From: Elusimicrobiota bacterium
GTDB taxonomy: Bacteria; Elusimicrobiota; Elusimicrobia; UBA1565
Assembly (NCBI GenBank): GCA_043827405.1
Contig: JBDRPD010000083.1
Coordinates: 64,001 to 128,000 of the forward strand
Length of the DNA: 64,000 nt
Reading direction: 5' to 3'
The position numbers were made by a program, and so were the translations under genes. The notes below the pieces were generated by a model. That model worked only from the letters and a program-made list of their open reading frames with translations. It was not told the origin of the DNA and made no database searches. Positions 18,536 through 29,204 of the stretch are shown here, piece by piece (the stretch's first letter is position 1; each line of letters begins with the position of its first letter).

Positions 18536-19884
18536 TAGAAGGAGTAGTTGATGTCCATGAAGATCGCGGGGCCTTCCTGGCCGACGCCGAAGTCGATCGA
18601 GCCGACGACCTGGGGACGGGCGATCGCCCGGATGGCGCCGCCGAAGACCGGACGCAGGTACTTGGCCTTGGCCTTGCCGGGCTGGCGGAATACGTTGCCG
18701 ACGCCGACGAACGGCGCGATCTCCAGCTCGGTCATGACGCCGGCGGTCTCGATTTCGAAGACGCGGATGCGCTCCTCGACGGTGGCCGTGAACATGCCCC
18801 GGTCGACATAGCGCCCCTCGCCGTAGGCGCGGTGGATGGTCTTGCCGCCGAGCGCGGGCAGCAGATGGAAAGGCACGTCGCCGATTACCTGCTCGAGCAG
18901 GGCGCGTCCGGCGGTGGCGAAGCGGGAGTCCGGAGCATGTTTGTAGAAGTGGCGCAGGTCGAATCCGTAGCGGGTGAAGGCGTATTCGCTGGCGAACTCG
19001 CGCTGGGCGTTCTCGATCATGACCTTGGCGTAGGTGCCGGTGCGGGTGGTCACGGCGCTGTCGCGGGTGTCGTAGTCCATGAAGAACTGGAGCGCCGCGT
19101 CCTGGTGCCAGTGCGTCGGCGTTTGCTCGGGGAAGTCGCGCCCGATATCGGGCAGGGAGTCGACCGCGCCGGCGGCGATGCGTGTTCCCGCCAGGCGGTG
19201 GGCGATGTTCCATTTCCACCGGCTGCCCTGGATGAGCGGCAGGCCGAGCCGGCAGTAGTAGCCGAAGAACTTCTTGGTGTAGTTGGTCTCGTTCGCCTGC
19301 TGGCTGAAGGGGCCGAGTCCGAAGAAGCGGTATGAGCCGTCTACGTCGTACATGATCCGGGCATTGACCGCGATGTCGCGGCCGAGAAGGTCGAGGTCCT
19401 CCATTTCGCCCACCAGGTCCGGGTTTTCGGTCGAAGCGAGGGAGGCGCGGAACAAGTAGTTCGATTTTTCGGTCGGATAGAAGTAGTAGCGGTAGGTCGG
19501 CACCCACTTGAAGATGTCGTTGTAGGTGATCGACGGGGCATGGATGTGGCGGATGCGGTCGTCGTCTTGTCCCTGGATGACCCAGATCGGCATGATGCCG
19601 TAGGTGGCGCCGCGGTTGGGGTCGGTGTCGATAATCGGCAGGCCGACAAACATCCCGCGGCGGATGTCGTGGATCATCATGCGCATGAGCCACGGCTTGT
19701 GCGCCGCCGGCGGCGTGAATCCGGGCGGAATCTTATCCGGCGGCTGCGCCCGGCCCTCTTTCTTGATGAGATGCCCCGAGTCCTTTTTATAGGCCTTGAT
19801 CTTGTCGAGCGGCCTTTCGTCGGCCGCTGCCGGGAGGGTGAGAAACAGGGACAATAATAGGGCGGCGAACTTATGGGTCTTCAC
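18535..19884 (-). CDS. Omp85/BamA-TamA-family barrel protein with no obvious POTRA domains
   Basis: Signal peptide, YDTRDS, LGG..IHRAYGEGRYVD (VRGY-like loop), C-terminal INYSF. Confidence 0.7.
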   Translation of the reverse strand: MKTHKFAALLLSLFLTLPAAADERPLDKIKAYKKDSGHLIKKEGRAQPPDKIPPGFTPPAAHKPWLMRMMIHDIRRGMFVGLPIIDTDPNRGATYGIMPIWVIQGQDDDRIRHIHAPSITYNDIFKWVPTYRYYFYPTEKSNYLFRASLASTENPDLVGEMEDLDLLGRDIAVNARIMYDVDGSYRFFGLGPFSQQANETNYTKKFFGYYCRLGLPLIQGSRWKWNIAHRLAGTRIAAGAVDSLPDIGRDFPEQTPTHWHQDAALQFFMDYDTRDSAVTTRTGTYAKVMIENAQREFASEYAFTRYGFDLRHFYKHAPDSRFATAGRALLEQVIGDVPFHLLPALGGKTIHRAYGEGRYVDRGMFTATVEERIRVFEIETAGVMTELEIAPFVGVGNVFRQPGKAKAKYLRPVFGGAIRAIARPQVVGSIDFGVGQEGPAIFMDINYSF

Positions 19885-19896
19885 AGGCTCATTCTA

Positions 19897-20910
19897 TTAA
19901 ATTGCGGCCGCGAGCTCGGCCAAGCTCCAGCGCGCCTGCCCGGCGAGCAGGGGGTTCGCGTGCCGGGTGAACTCTTCGAGCAGCGGGACAAACCGGCGGT
20001 CGCCGGAGTTCCCCATAACAAGCAGCGCGTTGCGCACCAGCGCCGTATGCCCGGTGCGCCGCAGGGGGGTGCCCTTGAAGCGCCGGTTGAACTCTTGCGG
20101 GGTCGATCGTGCGAGTTCTTCCAGATCGAGCGCGGCCGCGAGCCCGGGTTTTAGAATCGCGCCCGCGGCCGCGAACTTGTTCCAAGGGCAGGCGTCCTGG
20201 CAGGCGTCGCAGCCGAAGAGCCGGTCGCCATGGCCGGCGCGGAACTCTTCGGGGACCGGGCGCTTGCGCTGCTCGATAGTGAAATATGAGATGCAGCGCG
20301 AGGCGTCGAGCATTCTAGGTTCCGGAAAGGCGCCGGTCGGGCAGGCGTCGAGGCAACGGCGGCATGTTCCGCAGTGCTCGGCGCCCGGCGGATCATAGTC
20401 GAGGTCCTGATCTACCGCCAGTCCCGCCAGCAGGAAGAAGGAGCCAAGCCGGCGCGACAGGAGCATGGTGTTTTTTCCGACCCAGCCGATCCCGGCATAG
20501 CGGGCGTACAGGCGTTCGAGCACCGGGCTCGCGTCCACGAAGACCTTGCCTTTGAGTTCCGGGAAGTACGCCAGCAGGCGCCCCATCCGGTCCTTGAGCC
20601 CGTCATGATAGTCGGGGGGCAGGGCGTAGCGCGCCAAGCGGCCGTGACTCGCGGCGGACGGCGCCGCCGCGCTGTAATAACTAAAGGCGCAGACTATGAC
20701 CGAACGAGCTTTGGGATACCAGCGCCGGATGTCGGCGCGCTTTTCGGGCTCGCGCGCCATATAGCCCATCTCGCCGTGCATGCCGCTTTCGATCCAGGCA
20801 TGGTAGGCTTTTTGCCCTTCCTGGGCGGCTGGGGGAAGAACGGCGGGGGCTATGCCGACCAAGTCGGCGCCCAGGGAGCGGGCGCGCTCACGCAGTTCTG
20901 CGGAAAGCAA
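19897..20910 (-). CDS. queG: Epoxyqueuosine reductase
   Basis: ARYA..DYH, VDASPVLER, GIGWVGKN, CGTCRRCLDACPTGA, CISYFTIE, FGCDACQDACPWN. Confidence 0.93.
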   Translation of the reverse strand: MLSAELRERARSLGADLVGIAPAVLPPAAQEGQKAYHAWIESGMHGEMGYMAREPEKRADIRRWYPKARSVIVCAFSYYSAAAPSAASHGRLARYALPPDYHDGLKDRMGRLLAYFPELKGKVFVDASPVLERLYARYAGIGWVGKNTMLLSRRLGSFFLLAGLAVDQDLDYDPPGAEHCGTCRRCLDACPTGAFPEPRMLDASRCISYFTIEQRKRPVPEEFRAGHGDRLFGCDACQDACPWNKFAAAGAILKPGLAAALDLEELARSTPQEFNRRFKGTPLRRTGHTALVRNALLVMGNSGDRRFVPLLEEFTRHANPLLAGQARWSLAELAAAI

Positions 20911-20911
20911 T

Positions 20912-21385
20912 TCAGACCGCAGGCTCGGTTTTTATGACTTTGTAAGTCGTGCTGCCGGCGGGGAGTTCGATCTTGACCGTCTCGCCGACCATATGCCCCA
21001 AGAGCCCTTGCGCCAGCGGCGAGTCGACCGAAATCTTGCCGGCGGAGGGGTCTGATTCGGCCTGGCCGACCAATATCCACTCGTGCTGCTCCATGTCGTC
21101 CTGGTCCTGGAGGGTGACCTTGACGCCGATCTGTACGGTATCCTTCTTGATTTCGATGTCATCGGTTAAGCGGGAGGTGGCCAAGGCATCGGAAATCTTG
21201 CCGATGCGGTTCATGACTTCGCCGAGCCGTTCCTTGGCGGCGTGGTATTCGGCGTTTTCCTTCAAATCGCCCTTCTCGCGGGCCTCGCCGATTTCTCCAG
21301 ACAAAATCGTTTTCTGCTTCTTAAGCTCCTTGAGCTCGTCATGGAGCTTCTGCATCCCGGCACGGGAAATATATGTTGCGCTCAT
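20912..21385 (-). CDS. greA: Transcription elongation factor GreA
   Basis: AREKGDLKENAEYHAAKE, ISVDSPLAQGLLG; SD GAGGTG. Confidence 0.95.
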   Translation of the reverse strand: MSATYISRAGMQKLHDELKELKKQKTILSGEIGEAREKGDLKENAEYHAAKERLGEVMNRIGKISDALATSRLTDDIEIKKDTVQIGVKVTLQDQDDMEQHEWILVGQAESDPSAGKISVDSPLAQGLLGHMVGETVKIELPAGSTTYKVIKTEPAV

Positions 21386-21409
21386 TACAGCACCTCGGAA
21401 TTAGCCAAT

Positions 21410-21471
21410 AAAAAGCCCCTGTAGATACTCAGGGGGCACAGTTATTATAACAGGAATCGGCCCAGAGTCAA
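21410..21471 (-). promoter_or_regulatory. greA promoter with terminator-like leader hairpin
   Basis: Minus strand TTGACT-16 nt-TATAAT (with TGn extension), then CCCCTG-agtatcta-CAGGGG-C-TTTTT. Confidence 0.65.
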
Positions 21472-21519
21472 TATGATCTTAGTCAATAAATGTCAGAAAA
21501 AAGTATGTATTTAAATACG

Positions 21520-22083
21520 TTATTTTAAGCTTGTTCGCAAGGCTTGCAGTAGGGCATCCAGGATCGCTTCGCGCTTGATCCGGCGCCCGGATAATTCCCG
21601 GATAGATGCCGCTTGCGGCAGGGATGGGGGGATATGATTCTCGACGTTTACGCCTATTCCGATTACTACCCAGTCCACGGCATGGACGCAGCCGGAGGCC
21701 TCAATAAGGATGCCGCAAATCTTTTTATAAACCGCGGGACCTTCGGTGGCGCGGGCGAGGATATCGTTGGGGGGTTTGATGCGGATGTTAAGTTTGGTGA
21801 CGGCGCGCAGGGCTTTGGCGCAGATGCGTCCGCACTTAAGGCTGAGCTGAGCCAACTTCTCTGGCTTCAGTTTCGGTCGCAGGATGACGGAGAAATAGAG
21901 TCCGCCGCCGCCGGAAGACCAGTGTCGCTGCAGGCGTCCGCGCCCGCGGCTTTGCCGGTCCGCCCAGACCAGGGTCCAGGCCGGCGCGTCCTTTTCCGCC
22001 AGGCGCCGCGCCAGATTCTGCGTCGAAACCGTGGTTTTTAGGCGCTTGACGTCCACGATGCCGGGGAACTGCGTCGTCTTCAT
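21520..22083 (-). CDS. birA: Biotin-protein ligase, minimal form (no HTH)
   Basis: STQ, QSRGRGRLQRHWSS..GGLYFS, KPPND, KKICGILIE, IGIGVNV. Confidence 0.88.
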   Translation of the reverse strand: MKTTQFPGIVDVKRLKTTVSTQNLARRLAEKDAPAWTLVWADRQSRGRGRLQRHWSSGGGGLYFSVILRPKLKPEKLAQLSLKCGRICAKALRAVTKLNIRIKPPNDILARATEGPAVYKKICGILIEASGCVHAVDWVVIGIGVNVENHIPPSLPQAASIRELSGRRIKREAILDALLQALRTSLK

Positions 22084-22920
22084 GAGCCCTCCAGCTTCAT
22101 GCTGATGTCCAGCGCCGGCGCCGAATGAGTCAGGCGGCCGACCGAGATGCGGTCGGCGCCCAGGCGCGCCAAGCGCTGTACGGCGCGCAGGTCGACCCCT
22201 CCAGAAATCTCGATTTGGGTGCGCGGCGCGGCGCGGCGGATATGGCGGATTTCGCGGGCCAGGGCGGCGGGCCGCATATTGTCGAGCAGGACCACGTCGG
22301 CGCGTACAGCCAGGGCCTTGTCGATCTCGCCGCGGTCGCGGGCTTCGATCTCGACCGGCACGCGCGGGTAGCGGCGGCGGAAGGCGCGGATGCGGCGCTT
22401 GAGGTCCTCGGCGCTCAGGCCGTCCATGTGGTTGTCTTTGAGCATCGCCATGTCGTAGAGACCCATGCGGTGGTTGGCGCCTCCGCCCGCGCGCACCGCG
22501 TACTTGGCCAGCGTCCGCCAGCCGGGCAGGGTCTTGCGGGTGTCGTAGATGCGGGTGCGGCTGCCGCCCGCCCGCTCGACAAAGGCGCGGGTCAAGGTGG
22601 CGATCCCCGAGAGCTGCTGCAGGAAGTTGAGCGCGGTTCGTTCCGCGGTGAGAATCTCGCGCGGCCCCGTCACGCGCGCGACGACGGCGCCTTTGCGCAC
22701 GCGTTCTCCGTCTTTGACCCGCCAGGCGATAACGGCCCGGGGACAGACGCGGCGGAACACGGCGTTGACTACGGGAACGCCGCAGAGCACGCCGTCGCTC
22801 TTGCACAGGATGCGCGCCTTGAAGCGCGTATTCTTGGGGAGAAAGCAGCGCGTGGTGACGTCGCCGCGCCGTCCGAGGTCCTCCCGCAGAGAGAGAACGA
22901 TGAGCTTGTCGGTCAAGGGG

Positions 22921-22931
<11 letters not shown>
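22080..22931 (-). CDS. nadC: Quinolinate phosphoribosyltransferase
   Basis: EDLG.GDVTT, ERTALNFL, DTRKTLPG, NHRMGLYD, KDNH, LLDNM, ISVGRLTHSAP. Confidence 0.95.
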
Positions 22932-24969
<2,038 letters not shown>

Positions 24970-24989
24970 GTAATATAGATTATAAAACG

Positions 24990-25089
24990 TTGGTACCGTT
25001 TATTAACATTAACTTATTTTGCCTGTGGCAAAAATGCTTGTTTTATATACGAAAAGATGGAATAAGTTAATGTTAATAAACGGTACCAA
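24990..25089. repeat. Perfect 29-bp inverted repeat with a 42-bp spacer
   Basis: TTGGTACCGTTTATTAACATTAACTTATT (24990-25018) and its exact reverse complement (25061-25089). Confidence 0.95.
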
Positions 25090-25115
25090 AGGTTGTGATT
25101 TGCTGATTTTCGGCA

Positions 25116-25207
25116 TAGGTCTTTGGGCCTAAAAATGCCTAGGTCTCATGACCCCGAAAATAGGTCCCGAAGGCCCTCCGAAAAATGCCGCAGCCAGTCT
25201 ACACTAT
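25116..25207 (+). promoter_or_regulatory. Three imperfect palindromic 16-bp boxes plus a -10 element
   Basis: TAGGTC-tttg-GGCCTA (25116), TAGGTC-tcat-GACCCC (25140), AGGTCC-cgaa-GGCCCT (25162), TACACT (25200). Confidence 0.6.
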
Positions 25208-25226
25208 AGCAAGGTACAATAGAACC

Positions 25227-25520
25227 ATGAATTACCTCCGCTTCGCCTTCTGCCTCGCCTTCGGCCTCGCCGGGGTCTCTCTGTTTCTGATGACCATGCT
25301 CGATACCTTGTTCTGCGATATCGATTTGTTCGCGGAGCTGCGTCTTTGGTTCCGCCGGCTGTTCCTGCGCGACCGGCGGCGCTACGTCCACATCGAGAAC
25401 CTTCAGAAGTATCGGGTCAAGCAGAGCTCCTATGAGCAGGAGTTCCTCGGCGGCGGCGGCAGACAGGCCTTCAATATGCGGCGCAAGGCCGAGCTCGTCT
25501 TCCAGGCGCACGACGCCTAG
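25227..25520 (+). CDS. Small membrane-anchored hypothetical protein (97 aa)
   Basis: N-terminal hydrophobic helix, GC3-rich codons, TACAAT 6 nt before ATG. Confidence 0.6.
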   Translation: MNYLRFAFCLAFGLAGVSLFLMTMLDTLFCDIDLFAELRLWFRRLFLRDRRRYVHIENLQKYRVKQSSYEQEFLGGGGRQAFNMRRKAELVFQAHDA

Positions 25521-25609
25521 GTAATTCGTCCCATTCCCGGTTAGGCCGTATCCCTCCGACGACGGACCCATTCGACCCTGCTGATACGCTGGTTCCCCAT
25601 TTACCCTAT
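25518..25609 (+). promoter_or_regulatory. Second, degenerate copy of the three-box + -10 layout
   Basis: TAGGTA-attc-GTCCCA (25518), TAGGCC-gtat-CCCTCC (25542), GGACCC-attc-GACCCT (25564), TACCCT (25602); each element is 402 bp from its counterpart. Confidence 0.5.
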
Positions 25610-25616
25610 TAGCGTC

Positions 25617-27461
25617 ATGAAAAGGGCGCTGATTATCCTGCTCGCCGCCGCGCTGGCGGCATTGCCGGGCGGTCCCGGCCCCGCCCGTGCGCTGGCCCAG
25701 GTTGTGGCGCGGACGGGCGGCGCCGTCGGCGCTCCCGGTTCGGCGGCCGCGGGGGGCGGGGCGCTGTCCGGCGCCGGACACCTCGCCGGCAGTCCGGTTT
25801 TCGGCTCGCTCATCCCGGCGATCAGGCTCGATACAACCTTGCGCTCGGTGGCGTCGCCGCAGGCATTCGCCGCGCCGAACCTGAATGCGGTGTCTTTGCC
25901 GAAGTCCGCGGTCTATCCTTTCGTGGTCCCCGTGCCGGATGCCGCCAAGCCGGTGCCGACGAAAGCGGTTTCGCAGCTGCGTGAGCAGGCGACCCGGATG
26001 GTCGGCCGGGTTGCGGGGGTTATCGGCAAGAAGGACGACAAGGGGAAGGCGGGCACCGGTTTCAGCAGGAGCTTCGCGCATTGGCGCGGCTTCTTTGACG
26101 GCGCTGTCGCGCGCGAGAAGTCGGAAGTCGGAGCGGCGGCGGTCCGCGGCCGTTCGCCGTTGGCCGGCCTGCCGGCCGCTAACGCAATAGGTGAGGCGCC
26201 CGCTGCCCGGCGGGTGCCGTGGGCCGCCGGCGACAAGCGGGTGGCGGTCCGGCAGGACGCGGCGTCGATGGCGCTGGCTTTGGGCGCGGCCGATATCGGA
26301 GAACGCGGCACCTACGAATTTTTGACCAAGCCGGTCTGGCGCATCGACGAACTGGCGCCGCCGGCGCTGCCGGGCCGGCGCGAACTGTCCGCCTACCGAG
26401 TAAAAAAATCCATTTCCCGCCGCCGGGCGGCTTATCTGGCGGCGCATTACGGCCTGCTCGCCGCCGGGCTCGCGGCGTCCGCGTTCGCCTTCGGGGCGGT
26501 GCCGTTTATCGCCGCATCGGGCATCCTGCTGGCCGATCTATATTGGCAGGAGAAGGTCTATGCCAATTCCCATGACGACGGGATGTACGCTTTTGATTCC
26601 ACTCTGTCGACCTCCGAGCGCAAGAACTACCGTGCCTATATCGAAACCAGCCTCAAAAAGCTGGTTTCCCGTCTGGGTATTGATCCCGCGGATTCACCGA
26701 GCGTCTCGATAAACAACCGGCGGGGACGTCTGGGCGCGGCGGTCTCGGGCCGCGGGCTCGCTTCCGCCTCCACGCTGACGGCGGGCGAAGGCTTCGCGGA
26801 GATTCCCGCCGAGGAGACAACCGCCGTTTTGGCGCATGAGCTGGGCCACGGCGTCGCGGGCGACTTCGGCATGCTGCGCCTGCTGCGCAACCGGCTGGGG
26901 CTGCGACTGGGCTTGGAGTTCGTTAAAAAGGCGGCGGCCTACGGTTTCCTGATCCACGTCGCTTCCGTCCTGCTGGCGCCCGCCCTGTTGGCGCCGGCTT
27001 TGATCGCGGGCCTCGCGGCGTTTAGCGTCATGATTAAGACGCGCCCCGCGGCGGCGCGGGCGCTGCTGGCGGTGCGCGAAAAACTCCGACCGCTCTACGG
27101 CGAAAAATTATGGAGTCCGGGAGCACTGGCGGCGTCGGCCGCGGCGCTGGTTCTGGCGCTGCAGTTCTTCCTTGGCGCCTGGGCGCTGCCGGTCGCGCCG
27201 GAAACTTTTGCCGCCGGCGCGCTGTGGGCGCTGGGCGGCTTGGCCCTGACCGCCGGCGGCCTGCTCAGCGGCATCGCGGTGACGCGGCAGGAGGAACTGC
27301 GCGCCGATGATTTCGCCGGCTGGCTGACCCGGCCCGATTGGCTCATCAGTTTTTTCCGCCGGCACCAGAGCCCGGGCGCCCGCGCTTCCGGCTGGCGGGG
27401 CCTGCTGTCGACGCACCCGGCCTGGGAAGCGCGCATCCGCGAACTGCGGGAAGAGCGATAA
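25617..27461 (+). CDS. M48-family (HtpX-like) membrane zinc metalloprotease with long low-complexity N-terminus
   Basis: VLAHELGH (HExxH), EELRADDFA, LSTHP..RI; multiple TM segments. Confidence 0.8.
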   Translation: MKRALIILLAAALAALPGGPGPARALAQVVARTGGAVGAPGSAAAGGGALSGAGHLAGSPVFGSLIPAIRLDTTLRSVASPQAFAAPNLNAVSLPKSAVYPFVVPVPDAAKPVPTKAVSQLREQATRMVGRVAGVIGKKDDKGKAGTGFSRSFAHWRGFFDGAVAREKSEVGAAAVRGRSPLAGLPAANAIGEAPAARRVPWAAGDKRVAVRQDAASMALALGAADIGERGTYEFLTKPVWRIDELAPPALPGRRELSAYRVKKSISRRRAAYLAAHYGLLAAGLAASAFAFGAVPFIAASGILLADLYWQEKVYANSHDDGMYAFDSTLSTSERKNYRAYIETSLKKLVSRLGIDPADSPSVSINNRRGRLGAAVSGRGLASASTLTAGEGFAEIPAEETTAVLAHELGHGVAGDFGMLRLLRNRLGLRLGLEFVKKAAAYGFLIHVASVLLAPALLAPALIAGLAAFSVMIKTRPAAARALLAVREKLRPLYGEKLWSPGALAASAAALVLALQFFLGAWALPVAPETFAAGALWALGGLALTAGGLLSGIAVTRQEELRADDFAGWLTRPDWLISFFRRHQSPGARASGWRGLLSTHPAWEARIRELREER

Positions 27462-27476
27462 TTTCTATAATCCGGC

Positions 27477-29198
27477 GTGGGGAAAAAACGTCGGAAGTCC
27501 CGTCCTGCTCTGCTCCGGGAAGAGCAGGTTCCGTTCTCCGTCCCCGCGAAGTTCGCCTTGGCGCTGATTCTCGCGCTGCAGGCGTTTCTGGGCTTGTCGT
27601 TTATCCGTTCGGCGGCCCCTACCTACGACGAGTCCGTGCATCTGGCCAGCGGCTACTCCTACTGGCATACCGGCCGCTATCGGATGAATATCATGGATCA
27701 CCCTCCGCTGGCCGAGATGTGGGCGGCGCTGCCGCTGCGCTTCATGAAGCCCGGCATGATGACCTCGCACCGCGACTTCAAAAACGCGCGGCTGTATCAC
27801 TTCTCGGATGCCTTCCTGTTTCAGAATACCGTGGGCGGCGAGCGCATGATGAATGCGGCGCGGACCTTTCTATTTCTAACCCTATCGGCGCTGCTGGCCT
27901 GGGGTCTGCTGACTTGGGCCTATCGCCTCGGCGGGCCGACGGCGGCGGTGGGGGCGGCGGCGGCGGCGGCGTTCTGCCCCGTTCTGATTTCGAATCTGGC
28001 GCTGGCGGGTACCGACGGCGTTTCGAGCGTATTCTTTTTTCTTGTTTTCCGCCTATTGTCTCCGGCTGAGCGTTCACGCCGGACCTGGGTCGCGGCGGGG
28101 CTCTGTGCCGGACTGGCGCTGGCCGCCAAGTTCAATATGATTATTCTGCTGCCCATGGCCGGTGGTTTGGTCGCTGCGGATTTCTGGCTGCGCGGCCGCG
28201 AGTCCCGCGCTGAGGGGAAGAGGCGTCCTGAGTTCCCCTGGGCAGGCTGCGCGTTGGCGGCGCTGGGCGCCGCGGCGGCACTGGTGCTGGTTTACCGCGT
28301 CACCGAACTGCCCTACTACTTCAAGGGCCTGGCGGCTACGATCCAGCGTCTGGATAAGGGCCGATCGGCATTCCTGCTGGGCGCCTATTCGGTGACCGGC
28401 TTCTGGCTGTATTTTCCGGCGGCGCTGGCGGTCAAGACGCCGCTCCCCACTTTGCTCTTCGCCTCCGTATCCCTGATTCGGCGTTTGCGGAACTTGCGGC
28501 GTGAGACGCTATGGATTGCCGGGCCCCTGCTCGGCTATTTTGCCGTGGCCTTGACGGCCAAAGTGCAGATCGGTGTTCGCCATCTGCTGCCGATAATGCC
28601 CTTTCTTGTTCTGCTTGCCGGCTGCGGCGCGGCGCGGCTGTGGGAGGCCGGAGGCAAAAAGCGCTGGGCCGCAGCCGCCGGAGCGTTGTGGCTGACGCTC
28701 TCGGTTCTAAACGTCCATCCGTACCAGCTCGCCTACTTTAATGAAGCGGCCGGGGGGCCGGCGAACGGATACCGCTGGATGGTGGACTCTAATTTGGACT
28801 GGGGACAGGACCTGAAGACTCTGGGCGCGGAGTTGCGCGCGCGCGGCGGCCCGCCGATTTATCTCGCCTACTTCGGCTCAGCCGACCCCGCGGCGTACGG
28901 GATACGCTACGTGCCGGCGGGGATGTGCTGCAATGTTACGCGGGGCGGCGATGCGGTCGATCCGGCGGCGGACGGCAAAGTTCTGTTCGCGGTGTCGGCC
29001 ACCAACCTGCAGGCTGTTTATTTCGCGGACAAATCGCTGTTCAGCTGGCTGCAGTCCCGGCGGCCGGAAAAAGTGCTCGGCCATTCGATCTTCCTGTACG
29101 ATCTGACGGAGGACGCGGAGGGGCGACGTCTGCTGGCGCGTCTCGTCGCGCTCGCTACCGGCGACTCTGGCCGGGCCAAGTCCCTTCTGTTACAATGA
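27477..29198 (+). CDS. GT-C fold glycosyltransferase (ArnT/PMT, GT39-like)
   Basis: TYDESVHL.SGY, DHPPL, AKF, GVRHLLP, AYFNE..GG, DSNLDWGQDL. Confidence 0.8.
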   Translation: MGKKRRKSRPALLREEQVPFSVPAKFALALILALQAFLGLSFIRSAAPTYDESVHLASGYSYWHTGRYRMNIMDHPPLAEMWAALPLRFMKPGMMTSHRDFKNARLYHFSDAFLFQNTVGGERMMNAARTFLFLTLSALLAWGLLTWAYRLGGPTAAVGAAAAAAFCPVLISNLALAGTDGVSSVFFFLVFRLLSPAERSRRTWVAAGLCAGLALAAKFNMIILLPMAGGLVAADFWLRGRESRAEGKRRPEFPWAGCALAALGAAAALVLVYRVTELPYYFKGLAATIQRLDKGRSAFLLGAYSVTGFWLYFPAALAVKTPLPTLLFASVSLIRRLRNLRRETLWIAGPLLGYFAVALTAKVQIGVRHLLPIMPFLVLLAGCGAARLWEAGGKKRWAAAAGALWLTLSVLNVHPYQLAYFNEAAGGPANGYRWMVDSNLDWGQDLKTLGAELRARGGPPIYLAYFGSADPAAYGIRYVPAGMCCNVTRGGDAVDPAADGKVLFAVSATNLQAVYFADKSLFSWLQSRRPEKVLGHSIFLYDLTEDAEGRRLLARLVALATGDSGRAKSLLLQ

Positions 29199-29204
29199 AA
29201 CCCG

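Noticed and set aside
17438..19693. 751-aa ORF suggesting a long N-terminal fusion to the oxidase
   Set aside because: The extension is an Arg/Pro-rich off-frame reading of the Omp85-like gene; the real start is GTG 18535
21466..21488. Direct repeat AGTCAATA twice upstream of greA
   Set aside because: One copy is the -35 box; two 8-mers in AT-rich DNA are too little evidence
21520..22806. 428-aa ORF suggesting an extended BirA or NadC-BirA fusion
   Set aside because: The extension is a shadow frame of nadC; birA starts at ATG 22083 with an ATGA overlap
24970..25060. LexA box upstream of uvrB
   Set aside because: No match to the LexA motifs I know (CTGT-N8-ACAG, GAAC-N4-GTTC, GTTC-N7-GTTC)
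25116..25180. TAGGTC repeats as a mini CRISPR array
   Set aside because: Period is only 21-24 bp, repeats are degenerate and no cas genes are present; an operator array fits better
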